In this document: positions 9,618-20,203 of the stretch, piece by piece
Position numbering within the stretch: the first letter of the stretch is position 1
Layout: each line of letters starts with the position of its first letter
Assembly: GCA_036339735.1 (NCBI GenBank)
Contig: JAYZAL010000044.1
Span: forward strand, 1-43,560
Length of the DNA: 43,560 bases
Source: Candidatus Poribacteria bacterium
Lineage (GTDB): Bacteria; Poribacteria; WGA-4E; UBA9662
Reading direction: 5' to 3'
Program-made: the position numbers and the translations under genes
The notes under the pieces: model-generated
What the model saw: only the letters and a program-made list of their open reading frames with translations
Database searches by the model: none
Told to the model about the DNA's origin: nothing

Positions 9618-11039
9618 ATGAGTAAACTACCGAACCTTATTTTCATGATGACCGATCACCAAAGAGCAGACAGTATAGGAATGACCCAGCTGGGGGCCAA
9701 GGGGCAACCAATTTCCGTTTGTCCAACCTTAAATCAGCTAGCAGAAGAAGGAACCTATTTCCCTCGCACCTATAGCACTTGTCCACTATGTGTCCCCGCG
9801 AGAACGGCACTTGCAACTGGTAAATACCCTACTAAAAACGGTGTTGTATTCAATGACTGGCGGGGAGAGAGAGCTGAGGATCATTTAACTATCCATCAAA
9901 TTTTGTACGAGTCTGGCTACGATATTGCTCATATTGGGGTGGATCATATCCGAGTTATGCCATCTTTGAAAGAACGTATTAACTTTGCCAAATGGATTGA
10001 TAAATCCGATCATCAACGATACCTGAAGGATATTGGTTTAACTCAGCCGACAATCAAAGAAAAGTCGGCTTTTAAGCGACCAATTCGTGAAAATCAACTA
10101 GGAAGATATGTCAAAAAGGCCTATTCAAATACCTTTTGTAGTGCATGGAATGGTTCCGTAAAACATTTTAAAGATAGTTATTTTTGTCAACAAGCGACCA
10201 ATTTTTTAAAATTCCAAACCAAAAAGAATCAACCTTTCGCTTTGTTCTTGTATTTATGGGCCCCACACCCACCATTCTGGGTCCCAGAACCTTATCGCAC
10301 GCTATTTCCACCAGAACAAATTGAACTACCCTGTAATATTAATAAAGCCGCGACGGGTGAACCTAAAAATCGTCGCCATGGAATTGCTGCTCAGTTGGCT
10401 GAGGATTTGACAGAAGATGACTGGCGGCAAGTTTGGTCTGCACACCTGGGGCTAGTTCGGTTAGCTGATGATGGACTGAGCAAAGTTATACACGCGTTAA
10501 AACAAACTGGTCAATTTGACCACAGTTTAATAGTCTACACATCAGATCATGGAGATCATTTAGGGCAACATCGTATGTTTCAAAAAATGGAAATGTATGA
10601 GCAGGCTATCTGTGTTCCAAGTATTATTTGTGCTCCAGATGGAGTGTCAAAACGATTAGAACAGCCTATTTCTCATTTAGACTTAATGCCAACAATTTTA
10701 GATTTACTTGGTTGTAATGTGCCCAATGATTTAGATGGCAGGTCCCTGTTTCCAATCATAGCAGAAGGTCAACAGATGCCAGAACAGTCTGTCTATTGCC
10801 AATACTCAGGCAATCCCAAATTGGGTGATACCCGACGTGCTATAATCAGCCGAAGACATAAATATATCTACGATCCAAATGATCGACCAGAACTATATGA
10901 TCTTCACCAAGATCCTATGGAAATGGTCAATCGAGCTGATGACATCGATTTTTTCAAAATCCGACAGGAATTACATCAAGACCTAAAGTCGTGGTCGCAA
11001 CAGCATGGTGACTGGTTGCAATTTGATGAAGTTAGTTGA
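9618..11039 (+). CDS. Sulfatase (formylglycine-dependent, Cys-type), cytoplasmic
   Basis: PNLIFMMTDHQR, CxPxR motif (CVPARTALATG), PHPP, TSDHGD, ELYDL..DP.E..N; no signal peptide. Confidence 0.92.
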   Translation: MSKLPNLIFMMTDHQRADSIGMTQLGAKGQPISVCPTLNQLAEEGTYFPRTYSTCPLCVPARTALATGKYPTKNGVVFNDWRGERAEDHLTIHQILYESGYDIAHIGVDHIRVMPSLKERINFAKWIDKSDHQRYLKDIGLTQPTIKEKSAFKRPIRENQLGRYVKKAYSNTFCSAWNGSVKHFKDSYFCQQATNFLKFQTKKNQPFALFLYLWAPHPPFWVPEPYRTLFPPEQIELPCNINKAATGEPKNRRHGIAAQLAEDLTEDDWRQVWSAHLGLVRLADDGLSKVIHALKQTGQFDHSLIVYTSDHGDHLGQHRMFQKMEMYEQAICVPSIICAPDGVSKRLEQPISHLDLMPTILDLLGCNVPNDLDGRSLFPIIAEGQQMPEQSVYCQYSGNPKLGDTRRAIISRRHKYIYDPNDRPELYDLHQDPMEMVNRADDIDFFKIRQELHQDLKSWSQQHGDWLQFDEVS

Positions 11040-11248
11040 TAAAGTTTCGGGTTCGATTCTCTAATATCAACTCACCAAGATTACCGAAACGAACTTCCGG
11101 ACTTATGATGCTGAGAAAATTAGTAATTAGTTGATGTTCTCTATGCATTAATCAATATTCTGTTAACGCAAAACTTTTGAATGAAAAATAATTACTAAAA
11201 GTCAAATATATAGAGCATAAATTAGTTGGTAATAAAAATCTTATTTGC

Positions 11249-12658
11249 CTATTTTCCTATACAGAATTGAGAAAATATTCGACCCAAAATGTCATCGCTG
11301 GTTGTGTGACCGACTATATCGCCGAGTGAATCTAACGCACCTCGTAGGTCTAAAGCAATGAACTCAGCTGCCATATCAGCTTGAATGCTATCAATAGCTT
11401 GGCTCACTGAGTTTTGTGCATTTTGCAAAGCCTCTTGGTGCCGAACGTTGGTAACTAACACTGATTGGCTCAGGTCGGTTTCCATCACAATTGCTAATAT
11501 TTGTTCTTCCAATTCCTTGATCCCAATAGAATCGAGAATTGAGGTTTTGACAATGATCGGAGAGGTATTAGTCTTGCCATCGGAAAATTTATCCGATAAT
11601 TCTTCAGCGGATGTCTCAATAGGAAGATCAATTTTATTGAGTACAAACAAAGTTTGTTTGGGCTCAACCAATTTCAATAGATATTGATCATTCTCATCAA
11701 GTGGTCTAGATGCATCGACTACTAGTAATATAAGATTTGCAGCTTGTAAAAGAGATGTGCTTTTTTCTATACCGATTTTTTCCACTAAATCATTAGTCTG
11801 ACGAATTCCTGCAGTATCTACTAATTGAATTGGTAGACCTTTCAATTGCCATGTTTCCTCAATTGTGTCTCTAGTAGTACCGGGAATTTCGGTTACAATT
11901 GCACGATCAATGGCTAGGAGCTCGTTAAGTAAACTTGATTTCCCAACGTTGGGTTTGCCCAAAATAGCAATTTTCAGTCCTTCTCTAAGCAAGCGCCCAT
12001 TATTACTTGTTTGTAAAATTTGCTTGATAGTGTCTGAAATTAGCGATGCCTTGTGGTTAATTGTACCACGATCAAGTAGGTCTAATTCTTCATCAGGAAA
12101 GTCAACTGTGGCTTCAACTTCAGCTAGCAAGTCAGCAATTTGGTCGTTGAGTTCGTAAATCTGTTCTGACAAACGACCCACCAGTTGATTAGCGGCAGCC
12201 TGTCGGGATAATTCAGTTTTGGCGTTAATCAGGTCCGCAACAGCTTCCGCTTGGGCTAAATCGAGTCGACCATTTAAAAAAGCTCGTTTGGTAAATTCGC
12301 CTGGCTCAGCCACTTTGGCACCATAACGAATCGTTAATTCCACTACTTGCCTTAGTACGCTTTGTCCTCCATGACAGTTGAACTCGACTGTATCTTCCAT
12401 GGTGTATGAACGAGGAGTACGCATTAATCCAATCAGAGATTGATCAATTAGTTGTCTATTGTCGGGATCAATAATTTGACCATAGGTCAGGGTGTGTGAT
12501 TCAAGATCAGAAACCCGACGACCGTGTGCGGGTTTAAAAAGTTGATCAGCAATCGAAATAGATGCAGGTCCACTCAACCGAACAATACCGATACCACCTT
12601 GGCCAGGTGGTGTCGAAATAGCAACAATGGTTTCATCATTCGGAAATAAAACCGACAT
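11249..12658 (-). CDS. mnmE: tRNA modification GTPase MnmE (TrmE)
   Basis: TIVAISTPPG.GGIGIVRLSG, PGEFTKRAFLNGRLDL, GKPNVGKSS, GTTRD, DTAG, NKID, C-terminal FCIGK. Confidence 0.98.
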   Translation of the reverse strand: MSVLFPNDETIVAISTPPGQGGIGIVRLSGPASISIADQLFKPAHGRRVSDLESHTLTYGQIIDPDNRQLIDQSLIGLMRTPRSYTMEDTVEFNCHGGQSVLRQVVELTIRYGAKVAEPGEFTKRAFLNGRLDLAQAEAVADLINAKTELSRQAAANQLVGRLSEQIYELNDQIADLLAEVEATVDFPDEELDLLDRGTINHKASLISDTIKQILQTSNNGRLLREGLKIAILGKPNVGKSSLLNELLAIDRAIVTEIPGTTRDTIEETWQLKGLPIQLVDTAGIRQTNDLVEKIGIEKSTSLLQAANLILLVVDASRPLDENDQYLLKLVEPKQTLFVLNKIDLPIETSAEELSDKFSDGKTNTSPIIVKTSILDSIGIKELEEQILAIVMETDLSQSVLVTNVRHQEALQNAQNSVSQAIDSIQADMAAEFIALDLRGALDSLGDIVGHTTSDDILGRIFSQFCIGK

Positions 12659-12789
12659 TCAGTTAGCCTTTATTCGGTAATTACAGATTTGGATTTCCAC
12701 TAAATGAATTCTATAGTAATCGAACCAGTATCTATCAATTAAACAAGCAGGAGCAAAGTTAGATTTTTCACCAGAATCGATCAATGCCC

Positions 12790-14688
12790 TCAGCCAGTAA
12801 TTGGTAGGTCGTCTTCTCCTAATATCCTTTTAGTAATTAAGTTTTGAAAAATAGTGAATATATTACTACAAAGAAAATATAGGATTAAACCAGAGGCGAA
12901 GTTATAAAAAATAAAAGTGAAAATTAGTGGCATATACTGCATCATTTTCATATTAGGATTATCAGCGGCAGCAGTTTCCATTCCCCCACCTATCCTTTGT
13001 TGAAGTAGAGTAGTAGCAGCGTAAAGTAAAGGTAGTAAGTTCAGGTTTTCGCCCAAGAAAGGAATTGCGAAGGGTAGAGCATAAATGGCATCCGGTGCTG
13101 TAAGATCACTAATCCACCAGAAAGAAGCTCCTCGTAACTCGATAGCGTTTCTCAGTAAATCAAAGAGTGCAAAAAATATAGGCATACTTGGTAGCATAGG
13201 TAAACATCCACCAAATGGATTAACCTTATGCTTTTTAAAGAGAGCCATTTGTTCTTGGTTGAATCTTTGTGGATTGTCTCGATACTTCTCTTTTAAAGCT
13301 GTTAACTGCGGTTGAACTTTTTTCATATCCAAGGTGGCCCGGTAAGCTTTTAGCGTTAAAGGTGCTGTTGCAAGTTTGACAATCAATGTTAGTAAAATAA
13401 TAGCCACGCCATAATTGTTGACTATTTTATGACAAAGATTCAGAATGCCCAGTAAGAAACGAGCAACCGGAGCCATCCAACCAAAAGATAACATTGCATC
13501 AAGGTAAACCTTTTCAGGCTTTTCCTCCGTACTGTCGGGGGCTTCTACTTGTGATAATAAACCAGTAATCTTAGGACCAACAAAAATACGAAATCGATCA
13601 AAGTTCTCACCAGTCAGGTCGCTTTCCGGTATGAGTAAACTAGCCGCCTGCGTTGAAGCAACAACCCTCGGTCGGGTTTTAGATTTTTCAGTAGCAGGCA
13701 AGTTTAATTCACCTAACTCTATCAATTTTGCGTGCGCACCGCGACTTGTTTCTGGTATCAGTACAGCAGCAAAATATCGATTGTTGAGTCCTGTCCATAA
13801 AACTGGTTCTGGCTTTTCGTCTTTTCCAGTTATAATCTTTACCCCATCAGTCCTATTGTCTGGCTCGCCTAATTCCTTACGTTTCATAAATTCAACTTTA
13901 CTAGGCTCACTTGGTCGTAAAGCGATGGCACTTTCATTTTTTTCGCTTGGGGCTTGATCATGAGGAATACGATCACCAAAAATACCTGGCCCCCAGCGTA
14001 GACTATAATCGTACTGCCCATCACCAATTTTAACTACTTGGCCTGTTGGTGATATGTTCTTAAATGTAATTTCGAGATCAGCATAATATGTGTCAGGATA
14101 AAAAGTAAATTTTTTCCAAATTTTTACTTGCTGAGGGATTTCAGTACTGACTACTACTTGTCTAGGTGATGTATTTTCTCTGAGGTCTAAGCTATAAGAT
14201 TCTATGTTTTCTTCAGTCCGGTTAAATTTAGAACTATCAGTCAGTTGCCAATGTGCGAGATCAAGTGCTTTACTAGCTCGTAAAATCGCATCTGTAGTGT
14301 TGGGAGCAAGAACTATTTGTAAACAATTTTTGGCTCCCTTTGGGATTAAGTTAACTAGTACTGAGTCAGTAGACTCATTAGCCTTCCCGCGTTCTAAGTA
14401 TTCGACGAGCTTCCATTCTAGAGCAACAGCAGATTGGTCGAGGGTAACCTCGTATTTGTTAGTTCGAACCGTTATTTTCCATTGACGCTGTATTTCTTTC
14501 GCAACCTCCAAATTATTTGAATTAACTTGATTTGTAGGTTGATTGTCAGTGGAGATTTGCCGTTGGTCTGTAATTTCGGTGGGAGGCTTTTGGGGCGGGC
14601 GCTCTGGTTCAATTTGGCGTAGAAACACCATTTGCGCTACGATAACCAGGGCGATTAAAACGAAGGCCAAAATATAACGTTTTTCCAT
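12790..14688 (-). CDS. yidC: Membrane protein insertase YidC
   Basis: N-terminal TM and large periplasmic domain, FVGPK, NYGVAIILLT, VNPFGGCLP, ELRGASFWWISDL..PD, SGLILY. Confidence 0.96.
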   Translation of the reverse strand: MEKRYILAFVLIALVIVAQMVFLRQIEPERPPQKPPTEITDQRQISTDNQPTNQVNSNNLEVAKEIQRQWKITVRTNKYEVTLDQSAVALEWKLVEYLERGKANESTDSVLVNLIPKGAKNCLQIVLAPNTTDAILRASKALDLAHWQLTDSSKFNRTEENIESYSLDLRENTSPRQVVVSTEIPQQVKIWKKFTFYPDTYYADLEITFKNISPTGQVVKIGDGQYDYSLRWGPGIFGDRIPHDQAPSEKNESAIALRPSEPSKVEFMKRKELGEPDNRTDGVKIITGKDEKPEPVLWTGLNNRYFAAVLIPETSRGAHAKLIELGELNLPATEKSKTRPRVVASTQAASLLIPESDLTGENFDRFRIFVGPKITGLLSQVEAPDSTEEKPEKVYLDAMLSFGWMAPVARFLLGILNLCHKIVNNYGVAIILLTLIVKLATAPLTLKAYRATLDMKKVQPQLTALKEKYRDNPQRFNQEQMALFKKHKVNPFGGCLPMLPSMPIFFALFDLLRNAIELRGASFWWISDLTAPDAIYALPFAIPFLGENLNLLPLLYAATTLLQQRIGGGMETAAADNPNMKMMQYMPLIFTFIFYNFASGLILYFLCSNIFTIFQNLITKRILGEDDLPITG

Positions 14689-14716
14689 ATTTATTCTGTT
14701 TTCTCTTAATTCTTAC

Positions 14717-14938
14717 TTACTTATCTCTACAATCTAACGGGTCATATCCACCTGGATGGAAAGGGTGACATTTGGAAATGCGCAGGCTAGCTAACCAAAA
14801 CCCCTTGACGACGCCGAATTTCTCAATTGCCTCGATTGTATACTGGGAACAGGTTGGCTGGAAGCGACACCGAGGAGGCAAAAGAGGCGATACACGCAGT
14901 TGATAAAAACGAATGACTGCGAGCAAAATTGCTTTCAC
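14717..14938 (-). CDS. yidD: Membrane protein insertion efficiency factor YidD
   Basis: IRFYQ..VSP....[10 protein letters not shown]...[12 protein letters not shown]; between rnpA and yidC. Confidence 0.97.
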   Translation of the reverse strand: MKAILLAVIRFYQLRVSPLLPPRCRFQPTCSQYTIEAIEKFGVVKGFWLASLRISKCHPFHPGGYDPLDCRDK

Positions 14939-15273
14939 GTCAATATTTTTGCCCGACGAAACAATTGAAACAGTGCTGATTGTGCGTTTTGCAATTTTAA
15001 GCTTGTTGCTACCCTTCGACCAATAACAATCACATCTAAGCCAGTTCGCAACTTTGGTTTTAAATTCCGATAACTCTCTCGGACCAGACGCCTTACTCTA
15101 TTACGCTGGACACTACCACCAACTTTTTTACTCATAGTAATACCAAGGCGAGTTGTTGATGTGTAGTTAACGCAGACATATATAACAAAGTATCGGTCCC
15201 AGTACTTTCGTCCTTGCTTGTAGCCTCTCTGAAATTCTGATTTTCGAGTCAGTTTGTCTGGGTGATATCTCAA
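14935..15273 (-). CDS. rnpA: Ribonuclease P protein component
   Basis: [28 protein letters not shown] (RNR motif); TTG start. Confidence 0.96.
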   Translation of the reverse strand: MRYHPDKLTRKSEFQRGYKQGRKYWDRYFVIYVCVNYTSTTRLGITMSKKVGGSVQRNRVRRLVRESYRNLKPKLRTGLDVIVIGRRVATSLKLQNAQSALFQLFRRAKILT

Positions 15274-15322
15274 TTGGTTAACCTTATAGGCACAAATTTC
15301 GAAATTGTTACAGAGTGGGTTC

Positions 15323-15997
15323 CTAGTATTTCTTGATTTGCAACTGACTTCGCCAATCTTGCAATCTGATATTACCAGAGAAGTACTGCAGATAAGTAGT
15401 AATTGTACCTTCTAACATCATCAATGGTGAGCCAGAATCGTCCTCTGCAATAGCTCTGACTGTATCAATAGTATTTTTTTCAAGCTGCGAACCATAGGCG
15501 ATTGCTGTCAACAAGAGAAATTCTCTTTGTATGGCAACGTCGGAAAATGCCTGCGGAACAAAATGGATTTGCACAACATTACTATCTCCACGTAGTCGTC
15601 CATTTTTCGGCCGCCAGTAAATCAATTTGATATTTTCTTCTTGGCAAATCTGGCGAAATGCGTCATCCTGAATGGCGATGGCTTTTTTGGGTAATGTTTC
15701 CACAGGTAAAGGCGCCATAGTATCTTTCCTGGTTGATTCCGCGGGTTCTGACAGACTTACAGGAATGAAACCAAGAAAACCTGCAGGTTTCTGACCTATA
15801 GCAAATGCTACTACCAAAGGTTGTCGGTTCTCTGGCGGCTTAACGATGTCGCCAACAGCACGTTTAGTATTAGAACGATTCTTCTGCCCCCAAGCTTCCA
15901 TACCCCGAAATAAGAGGTAATAATCGTCTGGTGCCTTGATCGAGCAACCACAACTGACTAGCAAAACTAGTACCAGAAAATACCTGAACATATACAA
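15323..15997 (-). CDS. Hypothetical lipoprotein
   Basis: 224-aa ORF co-oriented with neighbours; short hydrophobic N-terminus ending in lipobox-like LVSC/GC; no family recognised. Start may be ATG at 15991. Confidence 0.65.
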   Translation of the reverse strand: MYMFRYFLVLVLLVSCGCSIKAPDDYYLLFRGMEAWGQKNRSNTKRAVGDIVKPPENRQPLVVAFAIGQKPAGFLGFIPVSLSEPAESTRKDTMAPLPVETLPKKAIAIQDDAFRQICQEENIKLIYWRPKNGRLRGDSNVVQIHFVPQAFSDVAIQREFLLLTAIAYGSQLEKNTIDTVRAIAEDDSGSPLMMLEGTITTYLQYFSGNIRLQDWRSQLQIKKY

Positions 15998-16024
15998 TAT
16001 TTGTTTATTTGTTTATTTGTTTAT
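15998..16024. repeat. Tandem octamer repeat (TATTTGTT)x3 plus TAT
   Basis: Read directly: TATTTGTT TATTTGTT TATTTGTT TAT. It fills the spacer between the HNH stop codon and the lipoprotein start. Confidence 0.9.
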
Positions 16025-16536
16025 AAGTAGAGATACTTCTTCCAGGAAGGATCATAATTTTGGTGATTAGGGTGCAGATGAGATATGATAGTTGGTGCCT
16101 TGGGTTTACGCTTGAGGACCATTTGAGCCTCAACTGGTGTCCGATCTCCTTTTTGATTGTTACATTTGAGGCACGCGACAACCATATTCTCCCAACCAGT
16201 GTTTCCGTTTCGAGACCTTGGTACTACGTGATCTAAAGTTAGTAACTGTTTAGTGGGTTTAGTTCCACAATACTGACACATATACTGGTCCCGTACGAAA
16301 ACATTTTTTCGAGAAAACTTAATAGCTAAGTGGGGTATATGAACATAGCTCACAAGCCGAATCACTAGTGGGATTTTGATGTTAAGGCTAGCCGCGCGGA
16401 TCTCGAAAGACTCAGAGACCTCTTCGGTGCGGGCCTTCCCCTTGACAATCATCTTTATCGCCCGCTTTAAATTACAGACGTTAATAGCCTCGTAGCTTGC
16501 ATTCAAAACTAGAACTTGTGATTGAAATGTTACCAT
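16021..16536 (-). CDS. HNH endonuclease (McrA-like standalone family)
   Basis: VLVLNASYE N-terminus, FSRKNVFVRDQYMCQYCG, LTLDHVVPRS..G...WEN.V.AC..CN..KGDRTP. Confidence 0.93.
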   Translation of the reverse strand: MVTFQSQVLVLNASYEAINVCNLKRAIKMIVKGKARTEEVSESFEIRAASLNIKIPLVIRLVSYVHIPHLAIKFSRKNVFVRDQYMCQYCGTKPTKQLLTLDHVVPRSRNGNTGWENMVVACLKCNNQKGDRTPVEAQMVLKRKPKAPTIISHLHPNHQNYDPSWKKYLYL

Positions 16537-16667
16537 CTTTCAAAACAACCATCCGCTATAAACTCAGCTAATTCTAACATGCCCTAATTTTAGTGAGCAA
16601 GCAGATAATTCAAAGAACCTGACGACTCTACAATTCATTCAGCCCATGAGATTACTGATACAATCTA

Positions 16668-18458
16668 TTAAAATAAATGGCCGACAGAATAATTGACGAC
16701 GGGAAATTTAGACTGGCGACCTGGTAAATCTAGTGGATAAGAAAATTCTAAACGATAAACACGATAGTTAAGCTTGGGACTACTCAAACGCAAGCCAGCA
16801 CCTACGCTTCGCTTTGGTCGGCTGGAAAGAAAGTTTCCTTTAGTCCAAATATGGCCAACGTCAAAAAATATTATTGAACCAAGAATTAACCAATCATTTT
16901 CCCAGTATAGGCCTCGACTTTCGATGTTAAGGATGAGATTATTATCTCCATCAAAACGGCGTAAAGGATAGCCACGTAAACCATTTGATCCGCCCAAAAG
17001 GACTTGGTTTTGCCGATTCAAAGTACTACCAAAAGTGGAGGTAGTTGATAGTTGAATTGCAAGTGACTGGTTGTGGAAATTCTTCTTAATCAAGCGAAAA
17101 CTAGCACTAAGAATTGCCGCTTCGATTACTCCGTTGTGAATTTGACTTAGGAGTTCAGACTGGCTATTTAGATATAGTTGATATGAACTCCTGTAGAAAT
17201 GCTGAGCGAAAAAACTCAATTGTGTTTGACTTCGATCTGAACCCAACCACATTAAAGAACGGCCAATTTTAGTGCCGTAGGTATAACCAAGCGGAATATC
17301 CTCAATACGTCCCATTTGATTAAGGTGACGCGTGCGAATGAAACTAGCATTTTGTTTGGCTATAGAAATCCCAATAAACTCAAATCGCTGATCATCAGGT
17401 ATGTATGATGTATCTTTTGTTGATACTGATTCCGATTCATGGTAGCGGCTTGTGTAGGAATTAGTCCATAATCCAATCTGAGATTTATTGGTTTTGGTTC
17501 CAAACGATCGAATGACCTGACCTGAGTACAGATATCGGTTACGAATAAATGAACCCACAGGAGAACCGCCTTTGTACCAGTACAGTTCGTCTACTGACTC
17601 AGAAATAGAAAAATCAGCTCCCCACTTTGATTTTAAAGAATAAAGTGGGTACGAAAGCCCAATTATCCAAGAATCACCTTCTGCTTTTTGAGTATATCGG
17701 CCAATTGTATTTAAGTGAGTACCAAAGGTCCTGGGAATTTGGTACCCAACACTAAGTAAATTCCGAGTTTTTTGCTGGGCCTCTCGTATTTGTTGGAATC
17801 GAAATTGATAGCTGTTTCCACTGCCAAATACATTGCTTTCAGACAAACGAACCAGCACACTTGATTGCTCCTTAGAAAAAGCCGGCAAATCGAGCGTTGG
17901 AATCAGTGTCCAGGCTTCATTAACACGAACATGAATATGAACTTTCATTGTCTCAGGCTGCCATTTTGAAATGATTTCAGCCTCACTTAAGTATGATTTC
18001 TTTCGCAGAATACGTTCACTCTCTAGCTCTTCATCGTAAAAATAAACCGTGCCGACTGTAAGTATTAATTCTCGAACAATCACTTCTGTTCGTGTCCTGT
18101 GATTTCCTTCGACGGTGATTTTTCCAATTAGACCTTCATCAATATGAATATGTAGGTACAAGCCACGGTCAAATTGTTTAACAAAGAGTCTATCTTTATC
18201 TATTCGGGCAAATCGGCAGCCAAGCTTGTAGAATTGAGCAACTATTCGATCAAAATCTTTTTGAAGTTCAGTCTCATCAAAGTCCTCACCGACTCGGGTT
18301 TTCATGATTTTACGAATTTCGTTATCCGTTAGTATCCGGTTACCTGTCAAAACGATGCGCTGAATTTTGGTCGTTTTGGATTCAGCGATGCTAATTAGAT
18401 TTGTCCAAATTGGTAAGGCGAGCAATAGGAATAACTTTTGGAGCAGATGGTAGTTCAA
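16668..18458 (-). CDS. Omp85/BamA-TamA family outer-membrane protein with POTRA domains
   Basis: Signal peptide; POTRA-like units (I..I.LTGN.., IGKITVEGNHRTRTEVIVREL); LGGSNGLRGY lid motif; FFDVG, SVGAGLR; C-terminal Phe. Confidence 0.88.
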   Translation of the reverse strand: MNYHLLQKLFLLLALPIWTNLISIAESKTTKIQRIVLTGNRILTDNEIRKIMKTRVGEDFDETELQKDFDRIVAQFYKLGCRFARIDKDRLFVKQFDRGLYLHIHIDEGLIGKITVEGNHRTRTEVIVRELILTVGTVYFYDEELESERILRKKSYLSEAEIISKWQPETMKVHIHVRVNEAWTLIPTLDLPAFSKEQSSVLVRLSESNVFGSGNSYQFRFQQIREAQQKTRNLLSVGYQIPRTFGTHLNTIGRYTQKAEGDSWIIGLSYPLYSLKSKWGADFSISESVDELYWYKGGSPVGSFIRNRYLYSGQVIRSFGTKTNKSQIGLWTNSYTSRYHESESVSTKDTSYIPDDQRFEFIGISIAKQNASFIRTRHLNQMGRIEDIPLGYTYGTKIGRSLMWLGSDRSQTQLSFFAQHFYRSSYQLYLNSQSELLSQIHNGVIEAAILSASFRLIKKNFHNQSLAIQLSTTSTFGSTLNRQNQVLLGGSNGLRGYPLRRFDGDNNLILNIESRGLYWENDWLILGSIIFFDVGHIWTKGNFLSSRPKRSVGAGLRLSSPKLNYRVYRLEFSYPLDLPGRQSKFPVVNYSVGHLF

Positions 18459-18926
18459 AGGAAGAAGGTATTAGGGAAGAGAATGTGATTTTGCTTCGTT
18501 AATCTGACTCGCACGTGTCTATTATCTCATAGTCTAATTCTTGCTTCAACCCCAATATTGGTTATCTGCCTGATAGTTAATTGATTAATCTACTTGACTC
18601 TATAGCTATTGAATAACGAATTTTTATAATATAATCCAATGGAGTCTCAATAGGTCTAAACCTATTCTGAAGTCAAGGTATGAAGAAGAATAGAAACCAA
18701 AGATTGGATTTGGCTTTATACACGAGCTAAAGATGGTAGAATAACTAGGCAAAATTGTCTGGTTGATTGAGAAACCCACATCAGACGATAATTTGTAAGT
18801 TAGTGTGCAAACCTGAATATCGATTGATAACAATAGATACCTTTCAGTGTATAGGCTATATGATTGGTAAGTACATTTTTGCCCCAATGAAATTAACTAA
18901 CTAAAGTACCAAATAAGGATATTCGA

Positions 18927-20192
18927 TTGAGTTCTCAAACATCAACTAAAGAAAATATTGAGCTAGGAAATTTAAGCATTGACCAGCAGATAGCGCTAAT
19001 CCGACGAGGTACTTCCGAGATCATCTCTGAATCTGAACTAAAGCAAAAATTAGAAATTGCAAGTGATGAAGGAAGACCATTACGCATAAAATTGGGACTA
19101 GATCCAACAGCACCTGATATTCATCTGGGTATAGCCGTTGTATTGAGAAAGTTACGCTTGTTTCAAGATTTGGGTCATGAAGTGATCATTATTATTGGAG
19201 ATTTCACTGCAACTATAGGAGACCCGAGTGGAAAATCAAAGACTCGTCCCCAACTAACGAGCCAAGAGGTTGCGATTAACGCTAAAACTTATCAGGATCA
19301 GTATTGCAAAATTTTGGACGCCGAAAAAACTCGTGTCGTCTTTAATAGCGAGTGGCTTAACCAGATGAATTTTTCAGAGGTGATACAATTATCTGCACAA
19401 ACAACGGTAGCCAGAATTCTTGAACGTGATGATTTTGCTAAGCGGTTTACCAATAATGCCTCGATTGGCATCCATGAGATACTTTATCCAATTTGTCAGG
19501 GCTATGACTCGGTGGTTTTGAAGTCAGATTTGGAAATGGGTGGTACCGACCAAAAATTTAATAATCTGATGGGGCGTGACTTACAACGATCAGATGGTCA
19601 GGAACCACAAGTTGTATTGTTAATGCCTTTGTTAGTCGGGTTAGATGGTGTGGAAAAAATGAGCAAATCATTGGGTAATTACGTTGGTATCTATGAACCC
19701 GCTAATGAGATGTTCGCCAAATTGATGTCGATACCCGACTCATTGATGGAAACCTATTTTGAGTTGACTACAGATGTCCCAATGGACGAAGTCTCTCGAA
19801 TGATAGCTGGCCTGAGTAAAGGAAATATTCATCCGAAAGTAGTCAAACAGCGCTTGGCTCGTGAAGTAGTAGCAATTTACCATGATCATGAAGCAGCAGA
19901 ATCTGCACAAGCCGAATTTGATCGTATCCACCGTGATCGTCAAATGCCAACAGACATTCCCACATTTTTTGTTGATAATTCGGAATTGACCAATGGTCAA
20001 ATCTGGGTTGGCCGGTTATTAACTTTAGCTGGCTTATCCAAAAGTTCTAGTGAAGCTCGCCGATTAGTAGTTCAAGGTGGTGTCCGTCTAGATGGTGAAA
20101 AGGTTGTTGACCCTGCACAATTAATCAGTATAGAGAAAAACCGGATCGTACAAGTAGGTAAACGTCGCTTCGTACAAATTGAGCTCCGTTGA
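18927..20192 (+). CDS. tyrS: Tyrosine--tRNA ligase
   Basis: [46 protein letters not shown]-terminal S4 domain ([18 protein letters not shown]). Confidence 0.98.
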   Translation: MSSQTSTKENIELGNLSIDQQIALIRRGTSEIISESELKQKLEIASDEGRPLRIKLGLDPTAPDIHLGIAVVLRKLRLFQDLGHEVIIIIGDFTATIGDPSGKSKTRPQLTSQEVAINAKTYQDQYCKILDAEKTRVVFNSEWLNQMNFSEVIQLSAQTTVARILERDDFAKRFTNNASIGIHEILYPICQGYDSVVLKSDLEMGGTDQKFNNLMGRDLQRSDGQEPQVVLLMPLLVGLDGVEKMSKSLGNYVGIYEPANEMFAKLMSIPDSLMETYFELTTDVPMDEVSRMIAGLSKGNIHPKVVKQRLAREVVAIYHDHEAAESAQAEFDRIHRDRQMPTDIPTFFVDNSELTNGQIWVGRLLTLAGLSKSSSEARRLVVQGGVRLDGEKVVDPAQLISIEKNRIVQVGKRRFVQIELR

Positions 20193-20203
20193 TTTCGGTA
20201 TAA

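Noticed and set aside
11040..11095. GGGTTCGATTCT resembling a tRNA T-loop, inside a loose GTTTCGG...CCGAAAC inverted repeat
   Set aside because: No acceptor stem, D-arm or anticodon arm could be folded, and the upstream sequence is the sulfatase coding end.
16021..16536. HNH gene as a mobile element, Cas9/IscB-like nuclease or defence system
   Set aside because: It is a 171-aa standalone McrA-like HNH with no RuvC motifs, and no array, methylase, intron or terminal repeats lie nearby.
11249..18926. Possible oriC near rnpA-yidC-mnmE
   Set aside because: No dnaA, dnaN or rpmH, and no cluster of TTATCCACA-like boxes seen in the intergenic gaps.
18459..18926. T-box leader upstream of tyrS; 87-aa minus-strand ORF 18624-18887
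   Set aside because: No T-box consensus (GGTGGNACC) or terminator found; the ORF has no recognisable features. The tract might be another decayed gene, but I could not assign it.
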